Positions 44,234 through 59,600 are shown, counted from the first letter of the stretch. The stretch is 64,000 nt of DNA from the human T2T-CHM13v2.0 reference genome, Homo sapiens (GCF_009914755.1 NC_060936.1); one strand, 5' to 3'. The notes: generated by a model not told the origin, from the sequence alone. Translations and numbers: made by a program.

Positions 44234-45794
44234 CCATGTCTGTGACTTTCAAGAAGGCTGGGAACCATAGCGACACACCACATTTAAATCATCCAATAAT
44301 GCCATTCCATTTCCTCTTCTTCCCCAAATGCCCCAGTTTTATTGGCCTTTCTGAGCTCCTTAGGCCAGTTTTCTCCAGGATTTCAGTTCTCTGTGGTGCT
44401 GAGGACATTCCCTGGAACATTTCCCTTGGGGACAGCAGCATTGCCAAGGTGGAGGCCAATGTGCTCCCTCACCCGCGACTCCTCCCTTGCTGGCCGTTCC
44501 CAGCTCAGCCAAAGCAGAAAGTGAGGCCCAGTTAGAGGGTTGTGGTCTTGCCCGAGGAGCCAGGGCTAGCAGACCTCCCAGTCCCCCAGGGGCAACGTTC
44601 AAAAAGATAGCCTTCTCCTCATCAGCTTGTACCTCCTGTTGTGTTTACAAGCAGGCCTTCTCTGCATGAAACAGGTTCCAGATAAGGATGTTCAGAATTT
44701 GTTTGGCTTCCCACCACTCCTGAAAAGTAATTGCCTGGTAGTGCAGGCTGGGAAAGAAGACAGGATTACTGAGCCCAGAGATGATCTCTTTTAACCCCTC
44801 TGTTTTTTTTTTTCAGATCAATTTAAAGTTACTTTTCCTACCCCTGAACCAGATCAACAACCATCCCCTTTACTCTGGGCTTTGCAATTCAACTCTATTT
44901 TCTATGATTGCAGTGCTGAGCTTATTAAACAAAAGCAGCTCTTGTGAATCCTCTCCCTAAGATGATCGTTCCTGGGTGGTCCTTCTTGGGTGGGTCCCTG
45001 GGCACAGAAACCCCAGGCCACGTTTCCTCCTCTGCTCAGCACGCTGGGCAGATTCTGCCTCCCGCAGCTCAGCTCTGGCTCATCAGGAGATAAGATCAGA
45101 GACACTACGGAAGGGCCAGGTTTTAACAAGGCAGAAAATACAAGCTATTCCAAACATCAGGCCTACTGTGCAAAAAACAAACCCCCTGGCTTTGGGGGCC
45201 CTCTCCTGGAGAGGGTTTCTCTGCTCATAAAGATTGGTATCAAGGGGTGAGGAGGGAGTCATGCCATCCCAGCAGGACCTCCAGTTGAGGGCTTCACTTT
45301 CAATTACCCAAGAGCAGCTGTAGACTGCTGCTTATGTAATGGGCTCTGCGCCTCCTTCTCGGGAGGAGGATGTGGAACCGTTTTGTGTTTGCTGAATAAT
45401 GAGTCATGGTCAGAGTTAGGGAGCAGAAACAGTGACTCTCTCCCCTGCATTGCTTCATCCGGAACTTCTAGTAAAGAATGATAAGCCCTGAGTCAGTGCC
45501 CAGTGGGGCCTGCCCTGGAAGGGGAAGCACCACAGGAGGCTCTGAAATGCAGGCCCCACAGAGCCCACGCACCAGGCTGAAGGAGACTCTGGGGGCATTT
45601 GAAGCCCAGATGGGCTGCTTGCAAGAAGATTCACTGTTTATTTAGGCCTGTAGCTGAGCTGCCGGGGTTTTCCTATCTCGGGTAATCACAGCTCCTCCAG
45701 CCAGGATCCAGGAGTGTTGGGGTGAAGACTGAGGCTTCAAAATGAACAGAGCTTTCTCCAAACCTCATTTTAGCTCTAAGAAATGAAACAAGTC

Positions 45795-46193
<399 letters not shown>

Positions 46194-46594
46194 TCACATT
46201 CTGAGGTCAAACAAACAAACAAAACCCCTGAGAAAACAATATGAAGCCCTGTAAGAAAAGGCTTAATGGACCAGAAACTATTTGTCCCTCTTCATGTTTC
46301 TGAGAAATGTGGTTCAAACTTTATAGACTTTCCACATCAGCAAACAATTAATCATGGCTTGCACTCCCACCCCACCATGCTTTTCAACATACCCAGCAAG
46401 AAGCCACAGGCCATTTCTTGTCTTTCTGTAGCAAATCACAGACCAGATCTGGGTGCATAAGCGAGGTTTCCTATGGAGTTGGTGGGTTATTCTATGGTGG
46501 GTGCTGCAGGAAGTTCAGGGCAGCTTGCCTAATGCACAAGGAAGGGAACATTTCCTTCCCTGTGCAAGGCTTCAGGAGACTGACCCCTGCCTAT

Positions 46595-46790
46595 GACAGC
46601 ATAACACAAAGCTCAAGGTCAAACTGCCTGGGTTTGAATCCCAGCTCTGCTACGGGCCACCAGCTATGTGAGTCTGGCACACAACTGATTTCTCTGCTTG
46701 GATCCCTCATCTGTAAAATGAAGGCAACAAAAGCTGCTACCTCATAGGGTGGTTGTGAAGACTAAAGTAAAACTTGTAAAGCATTTTGAG
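46595..46790 (+). mobile_element. MIR SINE
   Basis: ctgcctgggtttgaatcccagctctgc...ctcatctgtaaaatg...cctcatagggtggttgtgaag. Confidence 0.8.
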
Positions 46791-47501
46791 TGTTTTTCTT
46801 TTTCTCCATCATTATCTTTTAAGGTTAGCCTAATGTTCATCTCTAGTGACTTCTATCTAAAAATTTGTTAGTGAGACAGAATAGCATAAACAGGTCTTAT
46901 GGCCAAGCAGATATGGCCTTTTTACAACTAGTAAAATTTTTCTTTAGAATTTTCATTTGCAAAATGGAGAAAATATAAATTTATAGTAAGGATTCGATAA
47001 AGTATATAAAGTCGTTTAGCTTAGAAAGTGCTCAATAAGCGGTACTTTGGTTATAATTCTCAATAGACCTGAATCTCTGCTCAAATAAGTTCCGTATTTC
47101 ATTATCCCATGTAGCAAGATGAAATCCCAACACCCAGATCACAGACATCCCTTTAGAGTATTTCTACACATATTTATAATATAAAATTTCAGAGAGGAAG
47201 GACATTCATAAAATTCTAATTTAAAACAAAATCCTTAAGGCATCTAATTCTTAAGGCAAAACATTTTGTTGTTTGGTTGAGAAAAGGAAGGAGGAAAGAT
47301 GAGGCAATTCTTTAGATTCTTTAAAGAAGGGCTCTTTCAGCTTGAGTTATATTGATTGACTTCCTGGCTTGAATCACTTCATGGTATTTTGTTCAACTCA
47401 GCTGACCATAGGAAGCAGATGACATACCTCCTCTGAGACTGGCTCTTTAGCACCAGATGGACAAGATAAGTGCTATAAGATGAGGGGCAGCCACATGGCT
47501 G

Positions 47502-47537
47502 ACATCGTCATCGTCATCATCATCATCATCATCATCA
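47502..47537. repeat. (CAT)n trinucleotide repeat
   Basis: Read directly from the sequence. Confidence 0.9.
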
Positions 47538-47671
47538 TATCATCCCATGTAGTGTCCACATGTAGGGAGGAGCACTTCTTGTGTGTTGAGCACAGCACTA
47601 AAGGACTTTACATATTAACTCAGTTTTATCCTTACAACAACCTTGTTGGCTTAATATTATTATCTCTATCT

Positions 47672-47986
47672 TTTTTATTTTTATTTATTTATTTATCTAT
47701 TTAGAGACAGGGTCTCATTCTGTCACCCAGGCTGGAGTGCACTGGCATGATCATAGCTCACTGTAGCCTTGAACTCCTTGGCTCAAGCAATCCACCTGCC
47801 TCATTCTCCTGAGCTAGGACAATAGGCATGTGCCACCACATCTGGCTCTTTTTTGTTGTTGAGAAGGGCAGTGGGGGGTTCTTGCTATGTTGCCCAGGCT
47901 TGTCTCAAACTCCTGGCCTTAAGTTATCCTCCTGCATCGGCCTCCCAAAGTGCTGGGATTAGAGGTGTGAGCCACCGCACCCAGGC
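47672..47986 (-). mobile_element. Alu (AluJ-like)
   Basis: Diverged dimer in antisense orientation. Confidence 0.92.
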
Positions 47987-49079
47987 TGTTTCCATCCTAA
48001 GAATGAGAAAATCATGTTCTTTAGAGTCTTTCAATCTGTTCATGGTTCTGCCGCTAAGTGGTACAGCAGGGGTGAGAATCCAGGATCCCAATCATGGAAG
48101 CTTTTTCCATTAGGCTTTATGGCCACTGCTGCTGAGGGTGGGGCCTTCCCGGAAGCCACTCTCACCCATGCCATTGTGGTTTATAAATCATGCTAAATGT
48201 CCCTGCTAAGCAGCCCAAGCTGACCTGCTGGGCTAGTGGCCCTGTCCCGGGAGCGCTCACAGGCAGTGTTGGGAGAGACTGCAACCATTGCTGACAGGCC
48301 GGAAGAGGCATTGCCATCCTCAGACTCTTGGTGCAACTGAGATGAACTTGACAGAAATGATTTGGTTCCACAGGAAAATATAATTCCCCCTAAGTTATTT
48401 TGTGGAGTCAGCGGTAAGGGAGGCAGGGGCGTCCCCAGTGTCTTGGTGCAGATATTGGTGCCCCCTGAGAGGGCAGACCTGATGGCCCGGACAAGTTTCC
48501 TTTCTTGAAACAACGTTAATTTGTCCAGTTTTGTGGCTTTTTTATGTGGAACAACATTAGCTCATCCAAGCTTGTGGTTTATTTGAAAACGAAATTCCGG
48601 TAAATCTTTCGCACCATCTGGCAGTGTGGTGATTGGCCGCGAGTTAGGAACAAGCCACTGAGCACACAAGAAAACAAAGCAGTGAAAACCCACCACCCCA
48701 AACAGAAAGGCTTTCTGTAAATTTTGTGCCTCAGCAACCCCACGGGGCTCTCTGAGGACAGGTCTCCCTGTGAGCAGAGCTGTAACCTGTCACTCTTGGG
48801 TGGGAATCTGTTTCCTTCAATAGCTAAGGCCTAGTGGAATTTCTTAGGGTAAGCTTTAGCCAGGGTCTTACATTCTTTCTTTAGACACAGATTAGCAAGG
48901 ACCCTCTGAGGGCACATTCAGAGGATCTAGAAACCAACATGAGTGATCAGGAGAAAAGGGAAATTGAAACATCAGTGGTTGACTCTGGTGTGTGGAAAAA
49001 TGAGTGGGCCTGAGTCCCCGAGGGACATAGAAGATGGCATTCTCACTTATCTGTCTGCCACACCCAAAAATCCTTCCCT

Positions 49080-50155
49080 GGTATTCATTGCACACATAAT
49101 AAATGTTTATCCAGTGCCAGCTACATGCCTTGCACTGCTTTGGGCACAGGGGAGAGAACTATGAACAAGACAGTCAGAGCCCTTGCCTTTAAAGAGCTTA
49201 TATCCTAATAGCATAGGCAATTTAAAACACATGATTTGAAATACTAATTTTGGCTGGGCACAATGGCTCATGCCTGTAATCCCAGCATTTTGAGAGGCTG
49301 AAGTGAGAGGATCGCTTGAGCTCAGGAGTTTGAGACCAGCCTGGGCAACAGAGTGGAACATTGTCTCTACAAAAAATGAAAAATTAGCTGGGCGTGGTGC
49401 CATGCACCTGTGATCCCAGCTACTCGGAAGGCTGAGGTGGGAGGATTGCCTGAAGCCAAGAATTTGAAGCCGTGATTATGCCACTGCACTCTAGCCTGGG
49501 TGACAGAGTGAGGTTCTGTCTCAAAAAAAAAACAAAAAACAAAACAATGTAATAATTTCAAATACGTTAAGTGCTATGCTGGGGACACACAAGGGGCTGA
49601 GGAGAATGAATGCAGGGAATGAGTGATCTTTAGCTAGATGGCTCAGGGAAGGCTCTTGGAGTCAGTGTTTCAGCAAAGAACCCATGTGAGATGCTGGTGA
49701 CTGTGCAAGGTGTGGAAAGGCCTCTGTGCTGCAGGAACTGAAGGGCCAGCCTGAAGAGGTATGCAGAAGAAGGAAGAGTGCATGACAGGAGGAGGGGGAG
49801 GCAGGCAAGGGCCATGCTCACAAGGCTGTGAGAAGTCATTTCTCCCTTTCATGCAGGGGAAGGGCATGATCCAGCTCACATGAACAGAAAAGCACTTTGC
49901 CACTATGAGGAGGATGGATTGTAGGAGGCCAATAGTGGAAGCAGAGCAACCACTGAATAGGTTATCTCAGTTGTCCAGGCAAGAGACAATGGTGGCTTGA
50001 GTCAAAGGGATAGCAGCAGAGAGGGAGAGAAAAGACATTTGAGCTTGAATCAGGAGAATTTGCTGATGGGTTTGATATCAGGGAGTAAAGGAAGGGTTCC
50101 AATAAGTATGAAGCTGGTATTTGAAACCATGAGAACTGATGAGCTGACCTAGCTG
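49080..50155 (-). mobile_element. L2 fragment interrupted by an Alu
   Basis: attcattgcacacataataaatgtttat...; gttgtccaggcaagagacaatggtggcttg. Confidence 0.7.
49252..49545 (+). mobile_element. Alu (AluJ-like)
   Basis: ggatcgcttgagctcaggagtttgag, A-rich tail. Confidence 0.93.
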
Positions 50156-50730
50156 ATGGGAAGAGAAAAGCATTCCAGAAAAGAAATATGTGGGGTTTCT
50201 CACCCTGTGACCTGCATGGGCATCTGGGCAGGAGTACACACAGAGGCTGTAACCCACATCATGGGGGCCTCATGCACAGATGTTGGACACTTCAGCCCAC
50301 TGGTACACAGCCCCCAACCCCTACCACCTGCCTCTCACAAAGCACTCATTGGCTATTACCCCAGGACGAACATGGGAAAAGGCATCAGGCAAGTCCTAGA
50401 ATTTGGCCTTGAGCTTTTTGGGTGGAAATTACAGGGCCCCAGGACTCCAAAGAGTGGTCTAGAAGAGAGAGTGTGTAGACTGGGCAAGCGTGCCCCTCAA
50501 ACCTGTGGGCTCCTCACTCATCTGGCTAGGATCAGAGCAGGCCAGGTCAGGGCAGAAACCTCCAAAGCATGAGACACGGGGCAGGGCCCTGGCTGCCAGA
50601 TCTAAGGGAGGTACTGCGCTGGTTGTAGTTATCAGAGTAATCAAGGCCATTTCTCCAGGAAGCTGAGGTACAGGCCCTAGGAAGGGAGTGTGTGTAACTC
50701 GCCCTGCCAATCCCTAGACTACTGCTACAG

Positions 50731-51297
50731 ATTACCCAAAGAACTAAGCGTAGAACTACATTTGATCCAGAAATCCCACTACTGGGTATCTACTTCTTGT
50801 CTTGAAAAAGAAATAATTATACCAGAAAGATGACTGCACTCGTGTGTTTATCATAGCACTATTCTCAATAGCAAAGTCATGAAATCAACCTAAATGTCCA
50901 TCAATGGATGACCAGATAAAGAAAATATGGCATATATACACAATGGCATACTATTAAACCATAAAGAGAATAAAATCATGTCTTTTGCAAAAACATGGAT
51001 GGAACTGGAGGTCATTATTTTAAGTGAAACAGCTCATAAACAGGGTGACAAATACTACATGTTCTCATTTATGAGTGGGAGCTAAATAATGTGTACACAG
51101 GGATGTAGGGTGTAGAAGGATAGACACTGGAGACTTGGAAGGATAAGGGAGGGAGGTGAACGATGAGATATTCCTTAATGGATACAATGTATGTTATTCA
51201 GGTGATGGATATACTAAAAGCCCTGACTTTCCCATTACTCAATATATTCATGTAACAAAATTACACTTGTACCCCATGCATTTATACCGAAAAAAAA
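50731..51297 (+). mobile_element. L1MA/L1PB-type 3' end
   Basis: ORF2 C-terminal remnant and 3' UTR gtgatggatatactaaaagccctgac...cacttgtacccc; ~20-bp degenerate TSD. Confidence 0.88.
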
Positions 51298-53669
51298 GAT
51301 CCCTTACTACTTCTACAGTTTCTAATACATGGTCCCGCACCTAACTCCACCCTGACCATGTATGTCATAATGGGAGTTGGCACCCTTGCTGCACTTGCCA
51401 AAACTTATACTGGTGGGAAGAAGAAAAAATCTAAGATACAGACTTAGGTGAGATGAAAACCCCAGTTGCAGAGGCTACTTCAGCCAGGTTAGCCAGAAGA
51501 TCTGAGGACAGGATCCAATGGGCATCTGATGTGTGTTCGAACATCAGGTGTGGTTTTCATAGGTGCTGGGGAGAGGCCACCCCCCAGGCTGTGGTCAAGA
51601 TGGGAATTCCAGACATGAGTGGTGTGCAGGGAAGTGTAGAGAAGCATAGCTTCTGTTGGTCTGTTCGTTCAAGGCTTGGATCCAGCCAGGTACTGACCAG
51701 CTGAAGCACAGGATCCGTCCAGTGCCCTGTGACCCCAAAGGTTGGGAGTTAGCAAGAGTTGGTTAAGGAACTTGAGGCTCAGGGCTGCCTTCCCATATTA
51801 GTGAATTACAAGAGTGCTAGGTAAGACAATTCATATTCATTTCCTGAAGTTGGTCAGTATTTTGGGATGGTGAGGGTACTGAGGCTGAGATACATTTGAG
51901 CATTCACAGTGCATCGTTCACATCTCCACTCTTGGGACTGCTGACCTTGAGTTAATTTCCTGCTCTATAGTACACGGCTAAGTTGCTTGCCTTTGACATG
52001 GTTGGCTCAAGCTGAGGCAGGGCTGGAGGCGAAGCCCATCAGCATTCCCTTTTCAAAGTCTCAAGGACTGGCTGCCCTCCCATAAATTCCAGGACTGGTG
52101 ACCAGACCTTATTCGCTGTCCAAATGATGAAATCCTTAGCTTTCTTCATCTACAGAGCAAATTCACAACAGGCAGATGTCACATACAATAGGACTATAAA
52201 AATAATACAGCTGCATGACACTTTCTAATTTGTTCCTTTTTGTCTTCATGGCAGCCCCGGTACCCGTGTAGTCAAAGAGAGGTAGGACTGTGAGGAAAAG
52301 GTACTGCGAGCCAGGAACGACATGTCTCATTCCAAACCTTGGTTGTGGCATATTTTGTGGCCTTGGGCAAGTCACCCAATCTGTCTGCTCCTTCTTTCCA
52401 AAATGTGAAACAAACTGAAAAGGGGCTGGGAGAATGCATTAGTTTGGTGGAAGGGTCTGGGCCACTTGTTTCCATCAGTGCAATAATGACCTCTTTCTAT
52501 TTACAAGAATGGCTGCTCTCCTCATTTCACTTTTGGTAGTCAAGTGGATTTGCAAGTAAATGGGAGCTCTGGTGACAATCTGTGGAGCATTCTAAAAGCC
52601 CCTGGTTTGCATTATCCAGAGAAAATGTCAGGGATTCTTGACAGTGTTCCTTAAAGGGGCTTTCAACAGGACTCACTTCAAGACTCCCATGAAGCAAGTT
52701 TTACACAGAAATGAAATTATGCTCCATTCCTGTTGAAAATTAAGGCAACAGGAAATTTGTGCTTTGAAGTGTGGCCTTGAACTTTATATGTTCATTTATC
52801 TCAAATGACTGACTGTTGCCTAGCGCATTGCTCTGTGATCCATTTAAATGCTTAACAAACATTGGTGGCCAGGTAGATGGATGAATGGGGGGCTAAATCA
52901 TAGTTAGTAAAAAGTCACCAATTGTTAAGTTTTCCCCTAGCTCTGGAATTCTCACCATTTGGGGTTCAGGATTCTCAGGCATACTTGATATTAACTTCCA
53001 TCCATCCTCTTTTACTTCAGAAGGGTTCAGGTTGCATTTGGATTGAGGCAAAACCGAAAGTAGATTCACTGTACTTCTCTGCAGCTAAGGGAGGACAGTA
53101 AAAAGTACTACCATGAGATATGGCTTACAGAAAAAGAAACTGAGGTCTGGAGATGCCAAGCATCTTAGCTCAACCTTACCCCTGGATGGAATACACAGCT
53201 TCATGTGATGTGAGAGTCACTGGAAATCCCCTGTCCCCAAATACCAGGCTGCCATTGTGCTTAGAATTCTCTGGATGCTCATAGATTTTCTGTGTTGACA
53301 CGAGAAGTCAATGTCATTTATTAATATCTTCACAAGATCACTCTTTCAGATTAACTTCCTAGTCTGGACACAGGCCCAGAGAGGAGCCTGGTGGTAACTT
53401 AGTGGTCACCAGACCACGAAGCAGCCCAGACCTGCCACGGGGTGACCCTGGAGACTCCATGTAGACTCATGGATACCCTCTCCCCATTCTGCCACGGAGG
53501 TACTGAAGACACACTCCTTCCTCATATACCCAGACACCATCCCTGAGAGGAGCAAGGGGAGGGAACAGAACTCTGAACAACTAAGTATTGTATGTAAGAG
53601 AGACTAAAGAGTTTCATAAGGAGACTATTTAAATTATGATACCAGACTAGGCTTCTCATAGTGTCTAAA

Positions 53670-53840
53670 AGCCTTACTACTCAAAGTATGAGCCCCAAAC
53701 CAACAGCTTCAGGTGGAAGCTCATTAGAAACAGACTCTGAGGTCCCAGACCTGAGACTCCAGACCTAAGGAAACAGAATCTGCATATTGACCAGGCCCCT
53801 AGGGGGTTCACAGTCACATTCAGGTTTGAGCAGTGCTGAT
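53670..53840. mobile_element. MER5A-like remnant
   Basis: ttactactcaaagtatg...gctcattagaaa...cagaatctgcat...caggtttgagcagtgctg. Confidence 0.65.
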
Positions 53841-54221
53841 CTAAAGTACAGAACCCTTCCTTGTCCCCTCCCCATTGTCCAGTAAGGGCAACAGAGAGCA
53901 GTTATGGGGCAATACTAAAGTACTTTATCTAGACATCTTCGTGGCCTGAAGTTAATTTGTGACCCTGCCATGGTTGAATGTAAATAAAGAGCAAACTGAA
54001 GAGATGGGTGAAAGCTTCCAGCACCCTTCTGAATCGAAAGCAGCAGGTGAAAAAAAAAAAACAAGCTGGCAACTGGGTGTTGGTTCACATGTCAACTCCC
54101 TCTTGAGTGCTGTGTTGAGAGGGATTCTGAATCACATCAAAGATCAGTGGGAAAGAGGCCACACATGCCAGGTTAGCTATGACTGCATTGGTGAGGGATG
54201 GGAGACTCCCATCATACCTTC

Positions 54222-54911
<690 letters not shown>

Positions 54912-55254
54912 TCTTCCCCAATTTGCCATCCTTGAGGGAGCAGGTGTGCTGAGAAGGAACAATTTGATCTCATCTGACAGAAGTAGCAACAGGAGAAGTT
55001 TTAAGTGCTCTCTGGCTTTTAAAGAAAGTTTGTGAGGGGACCAAATGGCCACATGGTGAGCCTGCCTCACCTTAGGAGAGTCATGGCCCTCATTCTCTAA
55101 GCCTGCTCCTTGCTTGGGGCCTCACTTATTTGACTTTGTACTCATTAAGATGGGGGCGGCCAAAAGGAAGGGTTTTGCTAAGCATGGTGTCAGAAATCAA
55201 ATTATCAGGGCCATGCTTACCCTGCTAGTGAAAACCTTGCTTTCATAAGTAGTG

Positions 55255-55385
55255 TTTTTTTTTTCTAAAGAGATGGGGTCTCACTGTCTTGTCCAAGCTT
55301 GTCTTGAACTCCAGGGCTCAAGCAATCCTCCTGCCTCAGTCTCCCAAGTAGCTGGGATTACAGGTATGAGCAACCAAGCCTGGCT
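55255..55385 (-). mobile_element. FLAM / Alu left monomer
   Basis: Single antisense monomer with T tail. Confidence 0.85.
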
Positions 55386-56279
55386 CCTCATAAATCTTAG
55401 AATCACCTGATTATATAGGATTTGGGTCCCTCTTGAATTTTGCCAGCAAAGATATTTTTGCCGAGTCACAAATACGTTTTCTTGAAAATGTACTGTTTAA
55501 AAGAAATTCCATAATTAAAGTTTTTATTGTTTAAATCAGATTTCCTGTTTCCTTCCCTTCCTTATGGCATTATAGTAAGGGTACTGAAGTGGGAGTGGAG
55601 AAGATGTGTGTCCTAACCCTGATCCTCCTATGTATTAGCTAGGTCTATGGGGAGTTACTAAATCCCTCCAACCCTCAGTTTCACTGGTGACTGATATATA
55701 CTAAGCAATCAATACTTTTTTAAGGAAATCAATCCTAGCCTGCTCTATAAATTTTGTTTAGTTTGAGTACTTATCATTGTTAATGGAACCATTTCTTTCG
55801 TCTGTGAAATTTTCAGAGCATCTGGCAGATGCTGGAGGTGGGAGGAAAATGGATCTTTGCAGCTAGGATCATTCTTCTTCTGCCTTGAATGATTTCATGG
55901 CACAGAGCTACCCAGAAGCAAGCGACCACGCCAGAAGACCCCTCAAGGTCCCTAGCATCTTTAAGATTATGTGATTTCCTAAATAAATGTGTGTGGTTGA
56001 AGAATATTAATAGAAGTAGAAGCACAACAGGAATTTGCCTCTAACCCTCCCCCCCAACCACCAAGTAGAAAAATAAGCAAGCCAACAATAAAGGCTCTTT
56101 CAGATGGCCATGCCGATGCCCCATCCCCAGCCAGATCACAAGAGCAGATGAGGCACACTGGATGCCTTATGTGCTGACAGGGCTGAGGTGCTAGTTCTGA
56201 AGTTCCCAGACAAACTGCTTCCTGATTCCAAGGAATCCATTCCAGCACCCCTCATAAGCAATTACACTTGCTGGGGCAC

Positions 56280-56659
56280 CATAAGGGAGCAAATAGTGTC
56301 CTCCTCCCCAAATTCATATGTTGAAGGCCTAACTCTAAATGTGACTGTATTTGGAGACAGGACCTTTAAGAGGTAATTAAGGTTAAATGAGGTCATAAGG
56401 ATGGGTCCCTCATCCAATATGATGGGTGGCCTTATAAGAAGAGAGGTACCAGGGGTACTTTGCACAGAGGAAAAATTATGTGAGGACACAGCCAGAAGAT
56501 GAGTGTCTGCAAGCCATGAAGAGGGGTCTCACTAGAAACCAAGCCTGTTGGCACTTGAACTTGGACCTCTAGCCTCCAGAACAGTGAGGAAATACATTTC
56601 TGTTATTTGAGCCACTCCATCTGCAGTATTTCATATGGCAGCCCAAGCCGGCCAATACA
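56280..56659 (+). mobile_element. MLT1A/B-type MaLR LTR
   Basis: ccccaaattcatatgttgaag...gtgactgtatttggagacaggacc...ccaataca. Confidence 0.85.
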
Positions 56660-59600
56660 GAGGTCTCTAGCAGGCTGGGGGTTGGGCCCCACAGCTACAA
56701 CAGGCCCACCCTGGACAGCCAGGGAGTCTCAAGGTTAATGACTTAAGGCTGACTCCCCTCCCAGTGAGTGGGGCAGGAAAGAGGGAGAAGGCTGAGGTCC
56801 CTGGGCCCATTTCCTGCTTCCAACTCGATTTGGATGCTGAGAGCAGGGATGGCAGATGGGAGAGTGACGAGCTCCTCCTGCTGCAGGTGATTCATAGGGC
56901 ATCTGGGCACGCGGCCCACCTCCAGCACCAGTGGGAGCTGATTTCAAAGCCCTCCGCTAGCCTGCACTCAGCACATGAGAATCACATGAGGCTGGGAGGC
57001 AGCAGGAGAAAGGGGCTATTCTCATGGCCCAGGGAATCCAGTGGCGAAACTCATTGCATCTTGCTTTTGCCCTCTGTGGCCTTTGGTCCATTTCTCCATT
57101 AGCCTACTTAGGGCAGCCGTGTTTATAGCCCTATTTGCCTTCAACTTGTACTAGCTGAATTCCTGCCTCACTTTCACAGGCATCCTGAATCTCTGCCTCT
57201 TTTGGGTGACTTCTATACCTTCCCCATGGATACCTTCTCTTCACCAAAAGGAGCCCCACACCTTCCAGCAGGACCCTGGGAAGTTTCTCCCTTACAGCAG
57301 AGCTACATTCTGGCCACATCCTCTGGCACCTTATGGCCTATTCAGTTGGGTGAGGCTGGGGCTCCCTGCTTTGTACTTTAAGGATTCAGACTACATGAAG
57401 ATAGAATAACTCGGCTCTTTGGCTCTTTCCCCAAAGACAGTCTACACTGGGGTTTTTGACCCATTTCCTCCTGTCTTTTATCTTTGCCACAAAATACTTG
57501 GTCAGGACACTTGGCACTGGAAATCTATCATGTTTCAAGCAGGAAGTGAAGGGCCCCTTTCCTTGGGGCTCCGGATGTTACCAGCATCATCTGAGGCAGA
57601 TGGAGATTTGATTTCCTCATTGTCCAAGGGCTTCTCTTTCTTCTGGGCACCCTCAAGGCATTATAACCACTCTTCCCTTCCCTTTCTTGCTCCTTTCTTT
57701 TCTCAGGGAAGGAAACTGAGATTTCTCTCCTCATGAGATTTCTTGTTACACACATAACCCTGATGGCAACAATGGTTTACCAGAACTTGTTTCTGTGCTG
57801 CCTGGTACCCGTCCCTCTCCGCCTGGTCGGGCATTATAGCAGCAGGAGTCTGGAGAGACTTCCCAGCCCCCAGCAAGCTACCCGCACATGTCCAGAAGCA
57901 TGAGGAGCAACATTAACCTTTTAGGAGAGTTTCCAGGGCAAATGAGACAGTCCATGGAGTGTTATTTATGTCTCTTCTTTTCTTCTTCTTTTTCCCCCTT
58001 TTGGAAGCAGCCATTTGGAATGGACAGAATGAAACAGAAGTCAAAGAGCTGTCTACACGTCCTTCCCAAGCTATAATTAAGATGGAAGCTCATTTGCCAT
58101 TCTGAGGATTGGTGCAATCAAGCATATGACAGCAAGATTTTGGAACATTTTTATCAGTTTTGGAACCACAGCTCCTCCATGGCCAAATTTCTCTTTATGT
58201 CTCAGGTTTCAGAGCATGGCCTAATATTTCCCGTACAGACAGGCCGCTCCGCTGCCCTTCTGATTCAGCTGACCACTGTGCACTGTAGCGACGTGCAAGG
58301 GGTAGGAGTGGACACATTCCAGCTCGCTGGGGTTTGGAACGGCACCTCTCATTCCCAGAGAAGGGATTCTCTGTGGAGGCTGAGTTGGCAGTGCTCAAGC
58401 TTGCCTTGCGGTTGGCACGTAGGCCATCAGCAATCATCTGAGTATCAACCTGCCAAGCTGAGGCCGTCCTGGGGCACAGAGATTTATTGCTAACAGAGGA
58501 AAGAAAAGAAACCATTTCCTTAATTCTGCTTTGCAGGCCACTCTCATGGAAAGGAACTCCCCTGCTGCCCTGATCAGTTCAATATCTAACTCATCATGCC
58601 TGTGTTCTTCCCCAGCAGCTCAGGCCGGTCTGCTACCAGGAACAGGTGCCAAATCAGAGTGTGGAATTTTCCCAGCAGGCCCCAGGGTGTGTTGCTGCCA
58701 AGGCAACTGTGGTAGGGTTGGGGAATAACTAGCGAACCACAAATCCAGAAAAGGAAGAGGAGGCCTCCTTTTCGGCTTGGGCCAACTCAGGTACAGGCTG
58801 TCCCTTGAGGAAAGCTGTGGGACACCCCCAACACCCAGTGCCAAGGCCAGACAAGGCCAGGGCAGGCCAGGCTGGACCCTACGGGCAGCTTGCCAGACCT
58901 AGGTTAACCAGACCAGGTAAAGACAACTGAGAATGGCTGCCTGCTAAGGCCACGCAGGCTCTGCCCAGGAGGAGTAACAAAAAACAGCTGATTGCTAGGC
59001 AAGACCTAGAGACCTGTGTTCAGTGAACAATAGCGGTGAGGATCTGAAGTGAGGCTTAAATCTAACTGGGTACCAGGGAGGAAGCAGAGCTGTGTGCTAC
59101 ATGGAAGCAGGCCTGGTATTCAGAAAAGCAGGAACAAAGCTAGTAATATACAAAGAGCAGAGAGTAGAAACAGAGAGGCTAGTTGGGGCCAATCAGTGGT
59201 CAATATCCATTGGCATTATCTAAGAGAACACATTCCTCCTCCTCCTTGTGAAGGGAGCTCTGCCCATGGCCAACACAGCACGCAGTAGCCCTAGACAAAT
59301 GGAGCCCTGTCATCAGAGTTCTCACCTGCCTTTACTTGTTCTGGGCCCCAAAATCTTAACTGCAAATCTGACAGCACAGCCCATGTGAGTGGGAATGAGC
59401 GCCGTGGGGTGAGTTTGCCACAGAAACAGGAAGAGGAGAGTTAGGGCACACTGGCAGTGGCCAGGGTTTTGCTCTTCCTGAGGTTTTGCTTAACTTGGAG
59501 ATTTCTTTAACTTCACAAAGACAATTAAATGTTTTGTTGGGAATGACTGAGGTCATAATTTGAAATGAGAACCATAGTTTTAAAACCTTGCTCTACGTTA

